From Ferruginibacter sp. (GTDB lineage Bacteria; Bacteroidota; Bacteroidia; Chitinophagales; Chitinophagaceae): a stretch of 64,000 nt of DNA. The translations under genes and the position numbers were made by a program. Below, in pieces: positions 53,634 to 62,659 of the stretch (the first letter of the stretch is position 1; each line of letters starts with the position of its first letter). The notes under the pieces are model-generated. The model did not search any database, was not told the DNA's origin, and worked only from the letters and a program-made list of their open reading frames with translations. The stretch lies in assembly GCA_044220615.1 (NCBI GenBank), contig JBGAQR010000005.1, forward strand, positions 309,974 through 373,973. Direction: 5' to 3'.

Positions 53634-54476
53634 TTAAACGAGTTTAATCCCTGTTTTCTCAAAACTTATTTTTCGTTGTTTGTATAAGTTACCGGTAGTC
53701 ATCTTAAATGTTTTCTTACTCATACCAAAGAAGGAGTAGATCTCTTCCGGGTCACTTTTATCATAGTACGGGAGGTAACCATTGTTCTCGTTAAGCAACC
53801 GGAGTATTTTTTCTGCTTCATCTTCCACCCGTTGATAACCAGGTTTGCCTGCTGCCACATCTATCTTATTGTCTGCCGGGTATATCTTTTTAATAAAACC
53901 GGCAAAGCGGTCACCGGCAGTAATGTTCCTGTATATTTCATTGTGGTGTAAAACGCCGGTGTGCTTGTTGTTGATGATAACCACGTAACCAATATCGGTG
54001 CGGCGATACACAAGAAGATCAACAACCTCCAGTTCTTTTACTGTTAAAGGATCATTGCTTAAGTAGGGTTCTATCTTTTCCGTAGCGGCCAGCCTGCCGG
54101 TTTGTTCATCCAGGTAAATTTTTACCAGGTACTCGCCGTTAGGTATCATCTTGTGCTGCTGTTTGGATAACGGTACAAAAAGGTCCTTCATCAGCCCGTT
54201 ATCTAAAAAAGCGCCCTGTGGAGTAACCGAAACAACTTTCAGTTTTACAATATCACCCAATATGCCTTTTGGTTTTTGCGTGGTGGCGATAAGCCTGTCT
54301 TCACTATCGTGGTATAAAAATACGGTCACTTTATCTCCGGTCTTTGTGTTGGCAGGAACAAAGCGCTTTGGCAGTAAAATTCCTTCTGCCCCGTCTTCCA
54401 GGTAAACGCCAAAATCAACTTCCCTGATCACTTCCAGCGTGTTGTATTTTCCTACTTCTATCGTTTTAGAACTCAT
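53634..54476 (-). CDS. CvfB/YitL-like S1-domain RNA-binding protein
   Basis: 280 aa. Three S1-like repeats (GKYNTLEVIREVDFGVYLE; GDIVKLKVVSVTPQGAFLD; ...) and a C-terminal winged-helix-like tail. Confidence 0.75.
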   Translation of the reverse strand: MSSKTIEVGKYNTLEVIREVDFGVYLEDGAEGILLPKRFVPANTKTGDKVTVFLYHDSEDRLIATTQKPKGILGDIVKLKVVSVTPQGAFLDNGLMKDLFVPLSKQQHKMIPNGEYLVKIYLDEQTGRLAATEKIEPYLSNDPLTVKELEVVDLLVYRRTDIGYVVIINNKHTGVLHHNEIYRNITAGDRFAGFIKKIYPADNKIDVAAGKPGYQRVEDEAEKILRLLNENNGYLPYYDKSDPEEIYSFFGMSKKTFKMTTGNLYKQRKISFEKTGIKLV

Positions 54477-54539
54477 GCTGGCAAAGGTAGATGATCGGGC
54501 TGTTAAAATCCCATAAAAACCATGCTGGCCTGGCCCGGA

Positions 54540-57500
54540 TCATTTCAGGTGTTTTTTATTCAGCTCATCATATAAAAGCAGGTGATCATTGGCTTTCCCA
54601 TTCCTGTCGAAGAAACGTTCCCAGGTGTTCAGCGGCTCCCAGATACAACTGCCCTTGCCCCTGCCGCCTGCCACGGTAAATGATAATTCATTCACTTCTT
54701 TTTTTACATGAGAATATTCCACAACGATCACATCTTTATTATAGCGATGAGAGAGATCAGTAAGATTGTAATCAAGGTCGGCCAGGGTATTATGCCATTT
54801 AGGATAGTAAGACAAACCGATCACATCAAATTGTACCCCACGACTGATCATATTATCGATGAAAAATTTGCTCTCATCGTTCTGGCCGCCCAATGCAATA
54901 TGCAACATGATGCTGGTTGATGGCGAAGCAGCTTTAACGCCCTGCACGCCTGCAAAGAACAACTGCGCCAGGTTATCAAAATTGGTTACACTGCCTGCAG
55001 GCCATACCATTCCATGATTTATTTCATTGCCAACCTGTACCATATCAGGCGCCGTGCCCTGGTCTTTTAAAGCCTGCACCACCATTTTTGTATATTCATA
55101 CAGGGCTTGTTTTAATTCAGGTATAGATTTACCGATCCATGCTTTGGGCATCCATTGCTTTTGCGGATCGGCCCAGTAATCGCTGTAATGAAAGTCGAGC
55201 AGTATTTTCATACCGGCTGCTTTTATACGTTTTGCCATTTGCAGGGTATGGGGCAGATCGCAGAACCCGGATTTTGGGGAATAACCACTGTCTCTTGCCG
55301 GGTCATTGAAAATACGAAGCCGTATATAATTCAATCCATGCTCCTTCAGGATACTGATGGCATCTTTTTCTTTACCATCGGTATCATAAAATTTCATGCC
55401 CTTGTTTTCCAGTTCGGGCAAGAAGGAAATATCGGCACCCAGCATTTTATCTACCTGTGTTGGTTTAAATGGCAATACAGGAAATGTATTGCCCGAGGTT
55501 CTTACATCTGTTACCGGCGCCGGATGGATCGTCATGATATCTGTGGCACCCGTCCACATACTGTCTGTCTTTGCTTCAAAATGGATCATGGATGTGGTAA
55601 TGCCTGCCTGTACGATCACCTGGCATTTTCCGTTGAACAAATGACGTTGTGCTGTTGTATCAAAATACTTATCCTGTTCATGACTGCTGGGATCGCCATT
55701 ACCAACGCCAATTATCTTTGCATCGCCCTGCAATGAAAAACGAATGAGGTTATTGGCATCGGGCACTTCACGGCCTTCCCGGTCAATAACACTGATGTTG
55801 ATCACCGTTGCATCCTTTCCATCGGCAAACATTGTGGTCTTGTACGGGCTTATAACAACCTCAGCCGGCTTACCCGTTGTTTCAACCTTCGCCTGTAATC
55901 TTTTCCCTTTTTTGTATGCGATGGCTTCTAATTTTCCCGGCTCATAATTTACCATCCAGTTCAGGTGCCCGTTCCTGGGCATATCTTTTTTACCTAAGCT
56001 CTTTCCGTTTAAAAATAATTCCACATCATCGGCATTACTGTTTACCCAAACATCAATGGGTTCTCCCTCTTTTCCTTTCCAGTTCCAATGTGGCGAAATG
56101 TGTAATACATCTTTATCCGTCCACCAGGATTGGTAGTAGTAATAAATATTTTTTGGAAACCCGCATATGTCCATGATCCCAAAATGTGAACTCACATTGG
56201 GCCAGGTGAACGGAGTGGGTTCGCCGCGGTAATCGAGCCCGGTCCATACAAATCCACCAAGCCAGTAATCGTTTGCAGCAGCAATTTTCCACCAGGCTTC
56301 TGCCGTACTGGCCCACCAGGGAAAACTGATGTCCTGGTCGGGTACATAACCAATCACCGAATCTCTTGCATACTGCCCTCTTGTGGTAACCGTACTTCCC
56401 ATCTCTGTTCCCATGAGTGGTTGATCCGGATGTTCGTTATGGTATCTTTCCACTTCTTTGTGCCGGTAATTGAAACTTCGCACCGGGATCACTTCGTTCA
56501 CACCAAAAAATTGTCTGCCGTTATCGGCAGCATACGTACTAAGTCTTGTTGGATCTAATTCTTTTTGTTTGGCGAGCAATGATAAAGCAATAAGTTTCCC
56601 GGTTCCGTTGCTGTGTACCCATTGTTCTTCATTTCCTATCGACCACATGAATACCGAAGCCCTGCTCCTGTCACGTTTTATCAGCCATTCAAGGTCATTC
56701 ATATATTGCGGGCTGCTGTTGAGTAGCCGGTTCTCATCCAATACCAGCATGCCCAGGCTGTCGCACGCATCCAATAGTTCTTTGGTGGGCGGGTTGTGAC
56801 TTGTTCGGTAAGCATTGGAGCCCATTTGCTTCAGTAAGAAGATACGATAGTACTGCAGGTAATCCGGAAGAGCGCTTCCCACACCCGCATGATCCTGGTG
56901 ATTGTTGGTTCCTTTTAGCTTCAGGTATTTTCCATTAAGAAAAACGCCGTTGGTTCTGATATCGATGGTTCTTATTCCAAACCGCATCTTATCTGTATCA
57001 ATGATCTTGCCGGCTGATTTCACAACAGGAATGACCCGGTATAAATAAGGGTCTTCCAAAGACCATAGTTTCGGGTTACTGATCTTAAGTGATTGTTTTA
57101 TCGTTCTTTTTTCATTCACTGCAAGAGAAATGCTGCTTGCCATTGTTTCACCGATCTTATTTCCTTCCCGGTCGGTAATGATCGCCGATACAGAAACAGT
57201 TGCCGGGGCGTTGGATTCATTCTGAACAGACGTTTCCACGTAAACCGTAGCCATATTCTTTTGAACAGTGGTATGAACAAATACCGGGTTCTCATCCAGG
57301 TGAACCGGGTTGTATTGGTTCAGCCATACATGACGGTAAATGCCGGCGCCTTCGTAAAACCAGCCTTCGTATTGCGTTGCATCTGCACGAACAGTGAGTA
57401 TATTTTCTCCTCCATATCTTATGTAATCACTGATATCGTACGAGGTACCCACATAACCGCTTTTATTATTACCTAGGTAAAAACCATTTAACCAGAAGCT

Positions 57501-57947
57501 GGCATCCCGGTAAACTCCGTCGAACTGCAGTTGAAAACGCTGGCCCGAATCGGCCCGGTTAACCGTGAAATGTTTCCGGTACCAGCCGATGCTTGTTTCG
57601 GGATAGGCGCCGCCAACGGGCTTATACCCGTGTGATTGTTCATCAAAACTTTTTGAGTAAACGAAGGGGAGTTCCACCGCCCAGTCGTGTGGCAAGGAAA
57701 GCTTGCGCCATATACTGTCATTAAACTTTGGATCAATGGCGGTTCCCTGTGCAGAGCCGGTCTTTGCAAAAATGGTAGCAACACTGTAATTAAAATCCTT
57801 TAACGGGTCATTGGCATTGCCAAAGGCAAATTTCCAGTTGTCGTCTAAATTTATTCTTTTACGCTGTTGTGCATTCATATTGTTCATGCTGCAAACAAGC
57901 ATCGCTATAAAGAAATAAATGGTGTTTATCCGTTTCATGATTCGCAT
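54540..57947 (-). CDS. Fusion enzyme: GH2 beta-galactosidase (N-terminal) plus GH53 endo-beta-1,4-galactanase (C-terminal, about 54543-55445)
   Basis: GH2 part: NAYRTSHNPP, WSIGNEE and MGTEMG. GH53 part: DFHYSDYWADP, VQVGNEINHG and VVEYS. Secretion signal MKRINTIYFFIAMLVCSMNNMNAQQ. Start is ATG 57947 or 57938; the TTG at 57968 is unlikely. Confidence 0.85.
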   Translation of the reverse strand: MRIMKRINTIYFFIAMLVCSMNNMNAQQRKRINLDDNWKFAFGNANDPLKDFNYSVATIFAKTGSAQGTAIDPKFNDSIWRKLSLPHDWAVELPFVYSKSFDEQSHGYKPVGGAYPETSIGWYRKHFTVNRADSGQRFQLQFDGVYRDASFWLNGFYLGNNKSGYVGTSYDISDYIRYGGENILTVRADATQYEGWFYEGAGIYRHVWLNQYNPVHLDENPVFVHTTVQKNMATVYVETSVQNESNAPATVSVSAIITDREGNKIGETMASSISLAVNEKRTIKQSLKISNPKLWSLEDPYLYRVIPVVKSAGKIIDTDKMRFGIRTIDIRTNGVFLNGKYLKLKGTNNHQDHAGVGSALPDYLQYYRIFLLKQMGSNAYRTSHNPPTKELLDACDSLGMLVLDENRLLNSSPQYMNDLEWLIKRDRSRASVFMWSIGNEEQWVHSNGTGKLIALSLLAKQKELDPTRLSTYAADNGRQFFGVNEVIPVRSFNYRHKEVERYHNEHPDQPLMGTEMGSTVTTRGQYARDSVIGYVPDQDISFPWWASTAEAWWKIAAANDYWLGGFVWTGLDYRGEPTPFTWPNVSSHFGIMDICGFPKNIYYYYQSWWTDKDVLHISPHWNWKGKEGEPIDVWVNSNADDVELFLNGKSLGKKDMPRNGHLNWMVNYEPGKLEAIAYKKGKRLQAKVETTGKPAEVVISPYKTTMFADGKDATVINISVIDREGREVPDANNLIRFSLQGDAKIIGVGNGDPSSHEQDKYFDTTAQRHLFNGKCQVIVQAGITTSMIHFEAKTDSMWTGATDIMTIHPAPVTDVRTSGNTFPVLPFKPTQVDKMLGADISFLPELENKGMKFYDTDGKEKDAISILKEHGLNYIRLRIFNDPARDSGYSPKSGFCDLPHTLQMAKRIKAAGMKILLDFHYSDYWADPQKQWMPKAWIGKSIPELKQALYEYTKMVVQALKDQGTAPDMVQVGNEINHGMVWPAGSVTNFDNLAQLFFAGVQGVKAASPSTSIMLHIALGGQNDESKFFIDNMISRGVQFDVIGLSYYPKWHNTLADLDYNLTDLSHRYNKDVIVVEYSHVKKEVNELSFTVAGGRGKGSCIWEPLNTWERFFDRNGKANDHLLLYDELNKKHLK

Positions 57948-57964
57948 TTGTGCGGTAAAAAAAA

Positions 57965-58990
57965 TCAATTAAAAGCATTCAGTGCAGCAGTTGGTTTGCC
58001 TGAATTATCAAAAGCGCCCAATGTATAGCCCTGCCAGTTATTATATGCTTCGGGTTCCCAGTAAAAAACGCCGATACCTTTGCTGTTGCTTACCGATTTT
58101 ACTTTTGCGATGATATCTGTTATGAATGCATTGCATGCTGCCGGCTGATCCCAGCTCATACCTACTTCACAAACCATTACTTCCGATCCGTAACGGGCAA
58201 CCATATCGTTCATATTGGTTAAGCATTGACTGTTAAGTGTACTCCAGTTTGCCACGGACGGGTACAGCGACATACCGATCACATCCCAGCTGGCGCCATT
58301 GGTTTTCAATCCATCAAGGTTCCAGCGGAACAAGGCATTGTCGTACCCGTTGGAAACATGTACCATCACTTTAGAAGAAGGACTTACTGCCTTAACCGCA
58401 TTGTAACCGGCAATAAAGAATTTGGCGTAGTTGGCCATGTTCACCGAAGCTTTTCCTTCGGGCCAAAGCATGCCATCGTTGGTCTCGTTTCCTACCTGTA
58501 CCCAATCGGGTGTAATACCGTTCCCTTTCAACGTATTCATCACACTGTATGTATGATTGTAAACGGATGTTTGCAAGGTGGCAACATCCTGTGCTGCCCA
58601 TGCAGCAGGTTTGGTTTGGTTACCGGGATCAGCCCAGGTATCGCTGTAATGAAAGTCGATCATTATTTTCATTCCCAGGTTCTTTGCCCGGATGGCTTTG
58701 GCGGCTACATCAGCTGCACTGTTCCATCCACCCACCGGGTTTACCCAAACCCGTAGCCGGATGGAATTCATACCAAGATTCTTAAGCAGTAACATGCATT
58801 CTGTTTCAGTACCGCTGCTGTTGTAAAATTTCACTCCTCCGTTTTCCATCTGGGTCAGCCAGCTTACATCTGCACCTTTGGCAAAAAAGGAAGTACTGGG
58901 GGGAGAAGGTTGTGGATCGGTTCCTTTTTCTTTACAGGTAACCCCCGAAAAGACCAGAATCAATAACAGGTATAGACTGCTCAACTTCAT
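57965..58990 (-). CDS. GH53 arabinogalactan endo-beta-1,4-galactanase lipoprotein
   Basis: 341 aa. Lipobox SGVTC. Motifs DFHYSDTWADP, VQVGNETNDG and VCEVG. Confidence 0.88.
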   Translation of the reverse strand: MKLSSLYLLLILVFSGVTCKEKGTDPQPSPPSTSFFAKGADVSWLTQMENGGVKFYNSSGTETECMLLLKNLGMNSIRLRVWVNPVGGWNSAADVAAKAIRAKNLGMKIMIDFHYSDTWADPGNQTKPAAWAAQDVATLQTSVYNHTYSVMNTLKGNGITPDWVQVGNETNDGMLWPEGKASVNMANYAKFFIAGYNAVKAVSPSSKVMVHVSNGYDNALFRWNLDGLKTNGASWDVIGMSLYPSVANWSTLNSQCLTNMNDMVARYGSEVMVCEVGMSWDQPAACNAFITDIIAKVKSVSNSKGIGVFYWEPEAYNNWQGYTLGAFDNSGKPTAALNAFN

Positions 58991-59146
58991 AGTTGTTTAT
59001 TTAAACTTATACATTTATAAACCGATAACAAAATAAAATTTTGGATACCCGTTAGTGGCAGGGTTAGTGTGCAACTCCTCCTTTTTTGCGGATACAGCCC
59101 TGGCTTAGCAGCATTTATATTCCGGTATATCTTATGCTGGTGTAGC

Positions 59147-59154
59147 TATATTTG
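59147..59154 (+). promoter_or_regulatory. Candidate -7 box TATATTTG (TAnnTTTG) for the DEAD-box helicase gene
   Basis: Exact consensus match, 32 nt upstream of the proposed TTG start at 59186. Confidence 0.4.
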
Positions 59155-59185
59155 CTATCTTCACCCGATTTTTAAAAACGATATT

Positions 59186-60409
59186 TTGAAATTTACAGAT
59201 TTTGGATTTGACCAGCGATTGATGGAAGGAATAGATGCTTCGGGTTATGAAGACGCCACACCGGTACAGGAACAGGTAATACCCCTTGTTATGGCCGGAA
59301 AAGATGTGATCGCTTCTGCACAAACCGGTACCGGAAAAACGGCCGCTTTTTTACTTCCGCTTATTAATAAAATCATCACCGATTCGCACGAAGATCATAC
59401 CAACAATGCCCTGGTGATAGTACCCACCCGGGAACTGGCCATACAGATAGCCCAGCACATGGAAGGCCTTTCTTACTTTACTTCGGTAAGCTCTATTGCC
59501 GTTTATGGCGGAGGAGATGGCAATGCATTTGTGCAGGAAAAAAAAGCATTGAGTCATGGTGCTGATGTGGTGATATGTACTCCCGGTAAAATGATGGCGC
59601 ATATAAAAATGGGCTATGTAAAATTAAGCGGGCTGAAATATTTAATACTGGATGAGGCCGACCGTATGCTGGATATGGGTTTTTACGACGACATCATGTT
59701 CATCATAAATCACCTGCCTAAAAAAAGACAGAATCTTTTGTTCTCGGCTACCATGCCGCATAAGATACGGGAAATGGCACGCAAGATATTGCATCAGCCT
59801 GCCGAAATAAATATCTCCATCAGCAAACCAAATGAACGGATAAAGCAGGAAGCATTTGTGGTATACGATACCCAGAAAATTCCGTTGGTGAAATACCTGC
59901 TTCAGAAAAATGATTTTAAATCGGTGCTGATCTTCTGCAGCAGTAAGCTGAGCGTTAAGCAACTTACCCGAGACCTGAAACGGGCCAGGTTCCTGGCCGA
60001 CGAAATTCACAGCGACCTGGAGCAGGATAAACGGGAAGAGGTACTGATGAAGTTTAAAAGCCGCAGGCTACCCATACTTGTTGCCACCGATATTTTAAGC
60101 CGGGGTATTGATATTGATAATATCGACCTGGTGATAAATTATGATGTTCCGCATGACGGCGAGGATTATGTTCACCGCATTGGCCGAACGGCTAGGGCCG
60201 AAGCGGACGGAACCGCTTATACATTCATCAGCCAGAAAGAGCAACGTAAATTCCAGGGTATAGAAAAACTGATCGGCAACGTTGTACCCAAAGCCGTTGT
60301 CCCGCCCGAACTTGGTGAAACCCCGGCCTATAATACTTCTTCAGCCAGGCCACCCCAGGGAAACAGGCGATTCAAAAAACCGGGACATTACCGGAATAAA
60401 ACAAGATAG
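59186..60409 (+). CDS. DEAD-box ATP-dependent RNA helicase with a basic C-terminal tail
   Basis: Q-motif region KFTDFGF...GYEDATPVQ, then AQTGTGKT, DEAD, SAT and HRIGRTAR. Start set to the in-frame TTG at 59186. The 39 upstream codons are hydrophobic or Cys-rich and lie upstream of the -7 box. Confidence 0.85.
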   Translation: MKFTDFGFDQRLMEGIDASGYEDATPVQEQVIPLVMAGKDVIASAQTGTGKTAAFLLPLINKIITDSHEDHTNNALVIVPTRELAIQIAQHMEGLSYFTSVSSIAVYGGGDGNAFVQEKKALSHGADVVICTPGKMMAHIKMGYVKLSGLKYLILDEADRMLDMGFYDDIMFIINHLPKKRQNLLFSATMPHKIREMARKILHQPAEINISISKPNERIKQEAFVVYDTQKIPLVKYLLQKNDFKSVLIFCSSKLSVKQLTRDLKRARFLADEIHSDLEQDKREEVLMKFKSRRLPILVATDILSRGIDIDNIDLVINYDVPHDGEDYVHRIGRTARAEADGTAYTFISQKEQRKFQGIEKLIGNVVPKAVVPPELGETPAYNTSSARPPQGNRRFKKPGHYRNKTR

Positions 60410-62582
60410 CCCTGACTTTTCCAACAAGGATAGCAGTAATGCTGATTGTATATTTGTAAAAACAGGGTTTATCAGCCAGGCCTCCTCCATATTAAATAAT
60501 CCGATCGAGTACATACAGGGCGTAACCGCATTAAGGGCCGACCTGCTTAAAAAGGAGCTGGGCATCTTTACGTTTAAAGACCTGCTGGAGCATTATCCCT
60601 TCCGCCATTTAGATAAAACAAAACTGGATAAGATCGCCGGGCTTTCTGCAGCCAACGAATATGCACAGGTGACCGGTAAGATCACCGAAATAAATATACT
60701 GGGTGAAAAAAGAACCAAACGTTTGGTGGTTACGCTTGAAGATGAAACCGGTGAAATAGAACTGGTATGGTTCCAGGGGATAAACTGGATACAAAAAGCC
60801 CTTTATGAAGGACAACAGTACCTGGTTTTTGGCCGCCTGGGCTTCTTCATGGGTAAGCCGCAGATAGCCCATCCCGAAATAGAAACATTTACCCCGCAAA
60901 AGGCCGATGGAAAAAATTTCCTGGAGCCTGTTTATCCAACTACTGAAAAATTAAAAGTAAAGGGACTGAATGGGCGGGTGCTTGGCAAACTTACTGCGGC
61001 CATGCTTCAACTGGTAACAGAAAAAGACCTGCCCGAAAATTTACCCGAACCCATCATTAAGCAATACAAATTCATCAGCCATTTTAGCGCATGCAGGCAA
61101 ATACATTTTCCCACTTCGGATAAGCATTACCAACATGCCGTGCGGCGGTTGAAATTTGAAGAATTGTTTTTTGCCCAGTTGCGGATGGGGCTGATAAGGT
61201 CTGCCCGGCACAGGCACAGCAAGGGTTTGCTGTTTGGCCAGGTAGGAGATCTGTTCAATACTTTTTATAATAATTACCTGCCTTTTGAACTTACCACAGC
61301 GCAAAAAAGAGTGCTTAAGGAGATACGCAAAGACGCAGGCAGCGGCAAACAAATGAACCGCCTCTTACAGGGAGATGTGGGCAGCGGAAAAACTATTGTG
61401 GCATTAATGTTGATGCTTATTGCAGCGGATAATGGCTTCCAGGCGGTGTTGATGGCGCCCACCGAAATACTGGCGCAACAACACTTCAACAGCATCACTT
61501 CGGTTTTAAAAGATATGCCGGTTTGTGTAAAAATGCTCACCGGTTCATCCAAAGCAAAAGAGAGAAAAGAGGTGCTGAAACTTTGTGAAGATGGTTCTTT
61601 GCATATTTTAATAGGCACCCATGCCGTGATCGAAGATAATGTTGTGTTTAAGAACCTGGGCTTTGCCGTAATAGATGAACAGCACAAATTTGGCGTGGCA
61701 CAAAGAGCGCAGTTGTGGAAGAAGAATACCATACCACCGCATGTACTGGTAATGACGGCAACACCCATTCCACGTACGCTTGCCCTTACGGCTTACGGCG
61801 ATCTTGATTACAGCGTGATTGATGAACTGCCGCCCGGAAGGCAACCGGTGCTTACCCTGCAGCGTTCGGAAAACACCCGGCCCCAGGTAATGGACTTTGT
61901 AAAAGAAGAGATCGGTAAAGGAAGGCAGGCATACATTGTTTATCCGCTGATAGAAGAAAGCAGCAAAGTGGATTATGAGAACCTGCAGAAGGGGTATGAG
62001 GAAGTAAAATCTTTTTTCCCCGAACCTAAATACTGGATAAGTATGGTGCATGGAAAACAGGACGCAGCGCAAAAGGAAACCAACATGCAACGCTTTGTAA
62101 AAGGCGATACGCAGATCATGGTAAGTACCACGGTGATTGAAGTGGGCGTGAATGTACCCAATGCCAGTGTGATGGTGATAGAGAGCGCCGAAAAATTCGG
62201 CCTGTCGCAATTGCACCAGTTGCGGGGAAGGGTGGGAAGAGGAGCCGAAAAAAGTTTTTGCATATTATTAACGGGTCCAAAAATATCAAACGATGCCAGG
62301 GAACGATTAAAGATCATGACGGCCACCAACGACGGATTTAAAATAGCAGAAAAAGACCTGGAGATAAGAGGGCCCGGCGATATTGAAGGCACCCGGCAGA
62401 GCGGACTCTTAAACTTTAAACTGGCAAACATAGTCCATGATAAACTCATGCTGGAAGCTGCAAGAGCTGCTGCGGAGAATATACTGGATACCGATCCTGA
62501 TATGAATGAAGAAGTTAATGCACCTGTTAAAATCCATCTTCAGCAGCAAAAAGGTAAAACAGCGTGGAGCAAAATCTCGTAG
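60282..62582 (+). CDS. recG: ATP-dependent DNA helicase RecG (start uncertain)
   Basis: Wedge-domain region, GDVGSGKT, DEQH and QLRGRVGRG. The conserved N-terminus begins near NPIEYIQGV (~60492). The only canonical in-frame starts (TTG 60282/60297/60312, GVG-free GTG 60315) overlap the upstream gene by 95-128 nt. Confidence 0.8.
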   Translation: MYPKPLSRPNLVKPRPIILLQPGHPRETGDSKNRDITGIKQDSPDFSNKDSSNADCIFVKTGFISQASSILNNPIEYIQGVTALRADLLKKELGIFTFKDLLEHYPFRHLDKTKLDKIAGLSAANEYAQVTGKITEINILGEKRTKRLVVTLEDETGEIELVWFQGINWIQKALYEGQQYLVFGRLGFFMGKPQIAHPEIETFTPQKADGKNFLEPVYPTTEKLKVKGLNGRVLGKLTAAMLQLVTEKDLPENLPEPIIKQYKFISHFSACRQIHFPTSDKHYQHAVRRLKFEELFFAQLRMGLIRSARHRHSKGLLFGQVGDLFNTFYNNYLPFELTTAQKRVLKEIRKDAGSGKQMNRLLQGDVGSGKTIVALMLMLIAADNGFQAVLMAPTEILAQQHFNSITSVLKDMPVCVKMLTGSSKAKERKEVLKLCEDGSLHILIGTHAVIEDNVVFKNLGFAVIDEQHKFGVAQRAQLWKKNTIPPHVLVMTATPIPRTLALTAYGDLDYSVIDELPPGRQPVLTLQRSENTRPQVMDFVKEEIGKGRQAYIVYPLIEESSKVDYENLQKGYEEVKSFFPEPKYWISMVHGKQDAAQKETNMQRFVKGDTQIMVSTTVIEVGVNVPNASVMVIESAEKFGLSQLHQLRGRVGRGAEKSFCILLTGPKISNDARERLKIMTATNDGFKIAEKDLEIRGPGDIEGTRQSGLLNFKLANIVHDKLMLEAARAAAENILDTDPDMNEEVNAPVKIHLQQQKGKTAWSKIS

Positions 62583-62659
62583 ATTAGAATCATATTAACA
62601 GGGCGAACAAAACCCGTAAAATTTTGGTTTTATTTTAGTACATTGTAAAAAAGAAACAG

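Noticed and set aside
59069-59185. 39-codon N-terminal extension of the DEAD-box helicase ORF (MQLLLFCGYSPGLAAF...)
   Set aside because: It is a hydrophobic, Cys-rich sequence unlike helicase N-termini and lies upstream of a consensus -7 box (59147-59154). The in-frame TTG at 59186 gives the canonical Q-motif spacing.
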